A stretch of 42,653 nucleotides of DNA. Origin: Candidatus Micrarchaeota archaeon. Its GTDB lineage: Archaea; B1Sed10-29. The notes under the pieces are model-generated. The model was given only the letters and a program-made list of their open reading frames with translations, made no database searches and was not told the origin of the DNA. The position numbers were made by a program, and so were the translations under genes. Where the stretch lies: NCBI GenBank assembly GCA_964388265.1, contig CAYLXZ010000002.1, positions 1-42,653 of the forward strand, read 5' to 3'. Shown here one piece after another: positions 19,321-26,023 of the stretch. How positions within the stretch are numbered: position 1 is the first letter of the stretch; every line of letters begins with the position of its first letter.

Positions 19321-19784
19321 TTTCCTCCGCCTCTTGATCTTCCACGTCCCTGACCTCTTCCTTGTCCTTGGTTTCTTCCTTGTCTTCCTGTTCCTGGCTT
19401 GGGGCCAGCTCCCATTTGACCTGGCTGAGTTATCTCTTCGAGCTCTCCGTCGATTAATGCATCGATGTTCTCTTGTACCGTGCCTTTGATTCCTTCATAG
19501 GTATCTATCTCTATTCTTTGAAGCACATCGAATGCTCTTGGTCCTATTCTTGTAGCTATCACTATATCTACATCTTCGTTTCCTAGGGTTTGAGAAGCTG
19601 CTATTCCAGCTCCTCCTCTTTGTCCGGTTGCTGGGTTCTCGATCGCTTCTGCTCCTTTTACTTCTTTTTTTCCAGTTTCTGGGTTTTCGGTGACCTCTAC
19701 TAAGATATAAAAGGGACATCTGCCGAATACTTGGCTTATTTGGCTTTCCATGGTTTTTCCGGTTGATGGTATAGCTATTTTCAT
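19317..19784 (-). CDS. NifB/NifX family protein with Gly/Arg-rich tail
   Basis: MKIAIP, FGRCPFY, ENPA...GGAGI, IGPRAF; tail GQGRGQGRGRSRGG. Confidence 0.88.
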   Translation of the reverse strand: MKIAIPSTGKTMESQISQVFGRCPFYILVEVTENPETGKKEVKGAEAIENPATGQRGGAGIAASQTLGNEDVDIVIATRIGPRAFDVLQRIEIDTYEGIKGTVQENIDALIDGELEEITQPGQMGAGPKPGTGRQGRNQGQGRGQGRGRSRGGGK

Positions 19785-19821
19785 GTGTATCTCCTCTGTC
19801 TAACTTATGTTTTTATCTACT

Positions 19822-19989
19822 TTATCTTTTCCCTACTAGGGGTGTTCCGCATTCTGGGCATTTTTTCTGTTGGCAGGGGGTTCCCCTTTGGTGTGGTTCG
19901 GAATATCCGCATTCTGGGCATACGCATTTGCTTGCTCCACCTACACCTTGTCGGGAACCTCCCTTGCCTTTTCCTTGTCCTAATGGCAT
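19822..19989 (-). CDS. 55-aa Cys-rich double zinc-ribbon-like protein (missed by the ORF track)
   Basis: Read by hand: MPLGQGKGKGGSRQGVGGASKCVCPECGYSEPHQRGTPCQQKKCPECGTPLVGKR; the ATG overlaps the upstream stop (TAATG). Confidence 0.85.
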   Translation of the reverse strand: MPLGQGKGKGGSRQGVGGASKCVCPECGYSEPHQRGTPCQQKKCPECGTPLVGKR

Positions 19990-20378
19990 TATTCTTCACT
20001 CTCCATTTTATTCATTTCTTCTTCTACTCTTTCTAGTTCTTTCTTCAGGTTTTCTATCTCTCTTTCTATCTGTTTCTTGTCCTGTTCTAGTAGTTCTTTT
20101 TCTTCTTTCTTTGTTGGTGCTCTGGCAGGTGCTTGGGTTTCTACTGGGTATCTTGCAGGTGGTCTGGCCGGTACTCTTCTTGTTCTTCCTCGTCCTGGTC
20201 CGAATCCTCGGCCGAATCCACGTCCAAAACCTCTTGAGCCTCTTCCTCGGCCAAAGGCTCTTCCACCTCTTGGTCTTCCTTTAGTGAATCCAGGAGAGTT
20301 GTATCCTGCACAGTATCCTAGTCCTCTCCCTGTCATTCGGCCTCTTCCTTCTGGGCCTGTCATATCTCCAAATGGCAT
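19989..20378 (-). CDS. DUF5320 family protein
   Basis: MP.GD.TGP.G.G.MTGRGLGYC, GRGFG repeats, C-terminal coiled coil; ATG 20378 after GGAGGTGA. Confidence 0.85.
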   Translation of the reverse strand: MPFGDMTGPEGRGRMTGRGLGYCAGYNSPGFTKGRPRGGRAFGRGRGSRGFGRGFGRGFGPGRGRTRRVPARPPARYPVETQAPARAPTKKEEKELLEQDKKQIEREIENLKKELERVEEEMNKMESEE

Positions 20379-20379
20379 G

Positions 20380-20826
20380 TTATTCACCTCCGCTTTTGTC
20401 TTTATTTGATGAGCGTGATTTGGGTCTTTTTAGATGGATATCTTTGCTCTCACAGTCTGGGCATTGTCTTGGTCTCCCTGTTCCGTGCGGAGCGTTCCAT
20501 TCGTGTCCGCATTCTTCGCATTTGAATTTTCTTGGCATGTTTGCGTATTCTGGTTCCTGTATCTGTAGGGCTTGTCCTTCTATGAGGAACTCTGTGACTT
20601 TTCTGTGTGCTCTTTTGAGTGTTCTGGCGAATGTGGATCTTGATACATCCATCTTCTCTGCTGCTTCTTCTTGGTTCATTTCTTCTAGGTGTTTTAGTCT
20701 CATTGCTTCGAGTTCATCTGTTTTCAGGTCGATTTGATCTATTTCGGATAGTGGTACTCCTCGTGGCTTGAACCACATTCTGTTGGGTCTTCTTCTTACT
20801 CTTCTGCGTCTTCTTGGTCTTGGCAT
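20380..20826 (-). CDS. DUF134 (UPF0251) HTH protein with C-terminal zinc ribbon
   Basis: MPRPRRRR, FKPRG, DELEAMRL, QEEAAEKMDVSRSTF; CEECG...CPDC. Confidence 0.9.
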   Translation of the reverse strand: MPRPRRRRRVRRRPNRMWFKPRGVPLSEIDQIDLKTDELEAMRLKHLEEMNQEEAAEKMDVSRSTFARTLKRAHRKVTEFLIEGQALQIQEPEYANMPRKFKCEECGHEWNAPHGTGRPRQCPDCESKDIHLKRPKSRSSNKDKSGGE

Positions 20827-20846
20827 GGTATCACCTATTACCTTAT

Positions 20847-20902
20847 ATTATGGTCATATGTTCATAATTAGTTGTTATCTCAATCCTTTATAAAGGTTTC
20901 GG
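20847..20902 (-). promoter_or_regulatory. BRE/TATA promoter of the DUF134 operon with a palindromic putative operator over the predicted start site
   Basis: Minus strand CCGAAACC-TTTATAAA (20902-20887); ATTATGgtCATATGttCATAAT at 20847-20868, 18 of 22 positions dyad-symmetric. Confidence 0.7.
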
Positions 20903-20980
20903 TTATATTCTCATAATCTTTTTAAATCTCAAGAGAATTAATAGATACAAGTACGACCGATAAAGAAAAGACAAAAAAGA

Positions 20981-22480
20981 GTGAAAGAGATGAGATTAAA
21001 AAAAGAAAAAATCATCCCTGCAATAGTGTTCCTCGGAATAGGTATATTCCTAGTTGGTGGAGCGATCACGCAAGGAATACAACTCGATGAGGGAGGGATA
21101 GGAGACCAAATAAATGGTAATGAAGGTAATGAAAGCCAACAGAGTGTATGCGCCGCCTATATTACAGGCGTAGGATGTCCTCACTGTGCTAAGTCAGATC
21201 CAGTCGTCCTAGACCAATCTCTTGAAAAAAATTCGAATCTAGCAATCATCGAATATGAGATATATCAAAACCAAGAGAATGCACCAGTAGCATCATCCTA
21301 CTTTTCCAGCTACGGTGGAAACGGAGTTCCATACCTATTATTCAACGAACAAGAAAGCTTAATCGGAGACAGACCAATAATACAGAACGTAGATTCAAAA
21401 GCAAAAGAAATAGGAGGTAATCCGTGTCCTCTTCCAAAAGGAGACAGTAAAAGCCTAAGAGAACTCAATCTAAACGAATTACCTGGAAAACCCAAAGTGT
21501 TAAAAGGCGAGAAAGTACTCATACGAAAAGGAGAGAAAGAAACCGATTCAGAACTACTCAGAACCATAATAATTGGAGACATAGAAGAAGCTCTTTCAAA
21601 CAAATCATTCGAATCAATTTCCCCTGAACCTGTAGCTCTCTCCGGCCAGAGCCTAAACTTCGAGCACGCAGCCCGATTAAACGGATGGATAGTTCAGTGG
21701 AACGGAGAAGAAGCACAACCTGGAGAACAACCCTTAGTAAAAGAAGAAACAGAACCAACTGAAGAAAAAACCCTACAAGAAGGAGGGATGACACTGGCCA
21801 AAGTGATTACCCTTGGAGCAGCTGACTCCGTTAATCCATGCGCGATAGCCGTCCTCACACTCATGCTTATAGCTATCCTAACCTATAACCCACGTAAGAA
21901 AAGGAAAATTCTCTTAGCTGGACTTGCATTCACCCTATCCGTGTTTGTAATGTATTTAATCTATGGATTAATAATAGTTAAGTTCTTCCAATTAGTTCAA
22001 ACCCTAGCTTCCATAAGGCTACTACTATATCAAGTACTAGGAGCAGGTGCAATAATACTCGGAATCCTAGAGATAAAGGACTACTTTGACTACACTCCAG
22101 GAACCCTAGGAACAGAGATGCCTCTAAGTATAAGGCCAAAGATGAAGAAGATGATAAACGGAGTTACCTCCCCTCTAGGAGCCGCCGTAGTAGGTGTGCT
22201 CGTAACCCTATTCCTACTACCATGTACAATAGGACCATACATAATACTAGGAGGAATGCTATCCACTGTAGCAGAAGTCCTGAATACACTACCTTTACTA
22301 CTGCTTTATAACTTCATATTCGTCCTACCAATGATTGGAATAACCTTAATAGTCTATGGAGGAATAGCTGAAGTTGAAGACGTTTCTGAATGGAGAGAAC
22401 AAAATATAAGGTACCTACACTTGATTGCAGGCGCTTTAATCTTCTGTATTGGCATAGCTATGTTCCTACTATGGATTTAG
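20981..22480 (+). CDS. Thioredoxin/glutaredoxin-like (CPHC) domain fused to a CcdA/DsbD-type membrane domain
   Basis: N-terminal membrane anchor and GCPHC; C-terminal multi-TM block with DSVNPCA and LPCTIGPY cysteines. Confidence 0.82.
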   Translation: MKEMRLKKEKIIPAIVFLGIGIFLVGGAITQGIQLDEGGIGDQINGNEGNESQQSVCAAYITGVGCPHCAKSDPVVLDQSLEKNSNLAIIEYEIYQNQENAPVASSYFSSYGGNGVPYLLFNEQESLIGDRPIIQNVDSKAKEIGGNPCPLPKGDSKSLRELNLNELPGKPKVLKGEKVLIRKGEKETDSELLRTIIIGDIEEALSNKSFESISPEPVALSGQSLNFEHAARLNGWIVQWNGEEAQPGEQPLVKEETEPTEEKTLQEGGMTLAKVITLGAADSVNPCAIAVLTLMLIAILTYNPRKKRKILLAGLAFTLSVFVMYLIYGLIIVKFFQLVQTLASIRLLLYQVLGAGAIILGILEIKDYFDYTPGTLGTEMPLSIRPKMKKMINGVTSPLGAAVVGVLVTLFLLPCTIGPYIILGGMLSTVAEVLNTLPLLLLYNFIFVLPMIGITLIVYGGIAEVEDVSEWREQNIRYLHLIAGALIFCIGIAMFLLWI

Positions 22481-23269
22481 CTAAATGAAAAGAACAGAGA
22501 AACTAAGAAGTCCAATGATTATCACGAAGTAGCTGAAGTCTATTTTTCTCCCTATCTTAAGCAAGATATCGATGGTTAGATATCCTGCTATGAAGCTAGT
22601 TATGGCAGCTAGTATCATCGTGGGGGTGATTAAGAGTGATTCATTTAGTTTAAGTAGTATCTGTGCTCCTATGACCGCAGGTATCGAGATTATAAAACTC
22701 AGTTCAAGCGCTTTCTCCGGGTTGTATTTTCTTAGGAGTAGCACCGAGGTCGTGAATCCTGATCTGCTTACTCCTGGCAGTATTGCTAGACCTTGAGCTA
22801 TTCCTGTGAGTAACCCGTCCCCAGCTGTTTCTTCAGATTTTTCATTCACTTTCCTTTGAGCGAACTTCATCAGTATCCCTGTCAGTATCAATAGCGCTCC
22901 GATGAACGCGGTGGCCATCTTCCCAGTCAAGGTAAACCGTTCGAGCCCAATTAGGTATAATGGCACTCCTATGAATCCTGTGAACACGGTGGCGGTTATT
23001 ACGAATGTCGTGAGTCGGTTGGATTCTTCCTTAGATCTCGGTCGATAACTCGGAAGATTCATAAGTATGTTCCAGATTTCTTTCCTGAAGTATAGTAATG
23101 CAGCTGCGAGTGTACCTATATGTAGCCATAGTGCGATTGAAACTGCTTCCGATATTTGTTTGCCGAAGAAATTAATCATGACAAGGGAAGTCATTCCTTC
23201 GCTGCTTACTGGTAGCCATTCAGCTGTTCCTTGGATTAAACCTAGTATTAATCCTTGTATTAGGTTCAT
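22481..23269 (-). CDS. uppP: Undecaprenyl/polyprenyl-diphosphate phosphatase (BacA family)
   Basis: QGTAEWLPVSSEG, LHIGT, AILPGVSRSGFT, SFIISIPA. Confidence 0.9.
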   Translation of the reverse strand: MNLIQGLILGLIQGTAEWLPVSSEGMTSLVMINFFGKQISEAVSIALWLHIGTLAAALLYFRKEIWNILMNLPSYRPRSKEESNRLTTFVITATVFTGFIGVPLYLIGLERFTLTGKMATAFIGALLILTGILMKFAQRKVNEKSEETAGDGLLTGIAQGLAILPGVSRSGFTTSVLLLRKYNPEKALELSFIISIPAVIGAQILLKLNESLLITPTMILAAITSFIAGYLTIDILLKIGRKIDFSYFVIIIGLLSFSVLFI

Positions 23270-24549
23270 GTTTCTTCCTCTATCCCTTGTTTAAGGTCTT
23301 CTAGGGCCTTCTTCTTTGCCACTGGATTTCTCTCGTCTTTCACTTCTTTGTAAGTTTCTTCTGTGAACAGATTCTTTATCTCTAGTTCTAGTTGTTCTGC
23401 TGCTTTTTCCACGGCTTTCCATGACTCTGAGTCTGGTTTGAAGTACGCTAGTACTCTATCGTAGTCTTGGTTCTCGAGGTATTTCTTGACTCTTTCCGTG
23501 TTTACTTCTATGTATTTTTCCTTTATCTCTGGTGTTTCTTCCCATTCTGGCCAGTCGTAGGCTGTGAATGGGTAGTTGTCGCATTTGTCTATTGGTATCA
23601 CGCCTGCACTGGATACTACTACTCTGTGGATTTTTTTATCTTTTCCTGTTTCTTTTAGTTTGTTGTGTATTGATTTATGTGTGTTTGATTGGTAGTAGGG
23701 TTTTTTGTAGCTGCAGGGTAGGAGCAGAAGTATTTCTTTCTCTTCTGGTTTCTGGTAGAATTTCTGGAAGTATTCTTGCCAGACCCTGTAGTGTGGGTGT
23801 GTTATCAGGTCTATGGAGCATCCTTTCAAGTCTTCTTTCTTTTCTTCTGGGAATTTGGGTAGGAAGTACATGTTTTCGTATTCTATTGATACTTCGGGGA
23901 GATCCTTCCATTTATCTACCTTGTTGAGGAATTCTTCTCTGTTCAAGGGCTTCCATTTTCCATCTACCCAGTCGTCGAACAGCTTAGATTGGTTGTGTGG
24001 ATATGTGTTTATTAGTACTATTTCATCGCTCTTGTCAAGCGTGTACTCCATGGATTTCTGGAGTGTGTTTTCCTTTGAGAAGGGGATGTTCACCATTATG
24101 TAGGTCTTGACTTTTCCTCCGTGGCTATGGATCTTCTCTATGGCTTCTTCGTAGTCTTGGAGCCTGAATGGCTTGCCGTATTCCTCCAGGACCTCGTCGT
24201 CAGCTGCTTCTAGACCTATGGCAATGGTGTAGTCCAGGTCATCGAACTCTTGCAGCTTTTCCTCGGTTATGAAGTTAGGTAGTGACTCTACTACTATTTC
24301 TTGTACTCCTTGTTTCTTTAAGTGTTGTATTAGCCATTCTCTGAATTCCTTTGGGAACTGTTTGTTATCTAGGTATGATCCTGATTCGTATACCTTGAGT
24401 TTATCTATTTCTTTGAGGTTAAGTGACTTGACTTTGTTTTTTAGTTTACCTATGTTGACTGGGTATTTCTTTTGTCCCCATCCGCAGGCGTAGCATGTTC
24501 CGTATCTGCATTGACCTGAGTTCAGGATAACTGTCTTGGTGTTGGTCAT
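23266..24549 (-). CDS. Fusion of a RaSEA-like radical SAM domain and an ArcS-type DUF5591 domain (putative archaeosine synthase)
   Basis: CRYGTCYAC, KVYESGSYLD, VVESLPNFI, AIGLEAADD, VKTYIM; then LLPCSYKKPYYQSNTH (PCx3KPYx2Sx2H) and YPF.AYDW. Confidence 0.78.
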   Translation of the reverse strand: MTNTKTVILNSGQCRYGTCYACGWGQKKYPVNIGKLKNKVKSLNLKEIDKLKVYESGSYLDNKQFPKEFREWLIQHLKKQGVQEIVVESLPNFITEEKLQEFDDLDYTIAIGLEAADDEVLEEYGKPFRLQDYEEAIEKIHSHGGKVKTYIMVNIPFSKENTLQKSMEYTLDKSDEIVLINTYPHNQSKLFDDWVDGKWKPLNREEFLNKVDKWKDLPEVSIEYENMYFLPKFPEEKKEDLKGCSIDLITHPHYRVWQEYFQKFYQKPEEKEILLLLPCSYKKPYYQSNTHKSIHNKLKETGKDKKIHRVVVSSAGVIPIDKCDNYPFTAYDWPEWEETPEIKEKYIEVNTERVKKYLENQDYDRVLAYFKPDSESWKAVEKAAEQLELEIKNLFTEETYKEVKDERNPVAKKKALEDLKQGIEEET

Positions 24550-24618
24550 GGTAGAGACACGGTTCTATATTTGGGATTGGTGGAATAAAAATCGATCAGG
24601 ATATCGATCCATGGTGGA

Positions 24619-25980
24619 TTAGTCCCGTGAAATCGCGTTGGATATCTTGTTTATTATTCCTTTCTTGTCTTTTTCTTGGCTTTCTTTGTTTATTTCTTCT
24701 TTGAGTTCCTGGATCTGTTCTTGGATTTCTTGGGTTCTTGTGGTTTCTTTTTCTTCTTGTTTTTCGAGTTCTCTGAGTTCTTTTTCTAGGGCTTCTAGTT
24801 TGGTTTTTTGTTTTTCGTATTTTTCAAGTGATTTTATTCTTTTTTCTATGTCTTTCTTTATATTTGAGGTTTTTGTGTTGAGCTTATCAGTTATTTCTTT
24901 TTGAAGTTGGTTGATTTTTTCTTCTAGTTCGTTGTAGTCAGCTTTGTTGTTCTCTAGGTCTTCTTGTTTTTCTTTTATGTCTATAGTGGTTTCTTTTAGT
25001 TCTTTTAGTTGCTTGGTTTGGTTTTTGACTTCTTTTTCTAGGTCTTTGAAGTTTTCTTGACCCACTGTAGTTTCTTCTAGTTCAGAGGTTCTTTCTTTTA
25101 GTGAGTTGATGATTTCTTTGGATGGTAGTTCTTCTTTGATTTCTTTTATTTGATTGGATAGTTCTTTGGTTTCTTCTGCTAGTTCGTTGACCTGTTCGAT
25201 TTTGTCTTTCATCTTTTCTTTTACTTCGGTGAATTCGTCTTTTGTTGGAAGGTTCTGGTAGTGTATTTCTATGTCGTTTACTCTTTTCTTCATGTCTTTT
25301 ATTTCTTGGTTTATTTCTTCTTGTTCGTCCGATACTCTTTGAAGGGTTTCTAGCCTGTCTTGTAGTTCGTTGTAGATATCTTCTACTCTGTCGGCGTTTA
25401 CTTCTGATTTGTCTTCGAGCTCTGTCACGGTTTGCAGCATTTTCTGTGCGTCTTCTTTTAATTGTTTGACTGCTTCTAGGTCTCCTATTTCGGCTATTTC
25501 GGATCTTAAGTCTCCTAGGTTGTTTCTGATTTCTGTGATTTTTTGTTCTTTTTCTTGGATTTTGTTCAGGAGGTGTTCGTGTTCTGCTTCTTCTTCTTGG
25601 AGTTTTTCTTCTATTTCTTGGGGTTGTAGGTCTTCTACTAGTTCTTCTGTTCTTTCTGCTTTTGAAACAGTTTCTTGCATGTCTTTCTGTATGTCTTTCA
25701 CGGTTTCTCTTAAGCTACCTATTTGTTCGGATTGTCGGTCATTTCTGGATGAGAGTGTTTCTTGTTGGGATTTGATGACTTCGAGACCTGTTTTTATCTT
25801 TTGGATTTCGGCTTCTAGCTCTGTGTTTGCTTTCTCTGTTTCTTTTTCTTCTTTTTCTACAGGGTCCCAGTCCTCTAGGTTCTCTTCTTTTTCTTTTTCT
25901 GGTGCTTCTGCTAGTAGGTCTTCGATGTCTTTCTCCTTGTTGGACTGTAGTAGTTTCTTTATCTTTTGTTTTATTCCCAT
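24619..25980 (-). CDS. Long coiled-coil protein, function unknown
   Basis: 453 aa, almost all E/K/Q/L heptad pattern, no TM and no ATPase motif; GGAGG SD; starts 43 nt after the giant gene. Confidence 0.8.
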   Translation of the reverse strand: MGIKQKIKKLLQSNKEKDIEDLLAEAPEKEKEENLEDWDPVEKEEKETEKANTELEAEIQKIKTGLEVIKSQQETLSSRNDRQSEQIGSLRETVKDIQKDMQETVSKAERTEELVEDLQPQEIEEKLQEEEAEHEHLLNKIQEKEQKITEIRNNLGDLRSEIAEIGDLEAVKQLKEDAQKMLQTVTELEDKSEVNADRVEDIYNELQDRLETLQRVSDEQEEINQEIKDMKKRVNDIEIHYQNLPTKDEFTEVKEKMKDKIEQVNELAEETKELSNQIKEIKEELPSKEIINSLKERTSELEETTVGQENFKDLEKEVKNQTKQLKELKETTIDIKEKQEDLENNKADYNELEEKINQLQKEITDKLNTKTSNIKKDIEKRIKSLEKYEKQKTKLEALEKELRELEKQEEKETTRTQEIQEQIQELKEEINKESQEKDKKGIINKISNAISRD

Positions 25981-26023
25981 CTTCTTGCCTCCATTTTCCT
26001 TATTCTTTCTTTGTTTTTAAGTT

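Noticed and set aside
17702-19784. Nitrogen fixation genes
   Set aside because: Only stand-alone NifB/NifX-type domains are present; no nifH, nifD or nifK in the window.
19817-19999. 60-aa ORF MKNNAIRTRK...
   Set aside because: It is an alternative frame of the Cys-rich 55-aa gene at 19822-19989, which has coupling and motif support.
15321-22480. tRNA-anchored genomic island carrying the NifX/COG1149 operon
   Set aside because: No integrase, and I found no duplicated tRNA 3' end (att site) in the window.
24585-24618. ATCGAT...ATCGAT short inverted repeat after the coiled-coil gene
   Set aside because: A 6-bp AT-rich stem is too weak to call as a terminator or operator.
24619-25980. SMC/Rad50 call for the coiled-coil protein, forming a HerA-Rad50 repair operon
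   Set aside because: No Walker A/B, signature or zinc-hook motif; no nurA or mre11 nearby.
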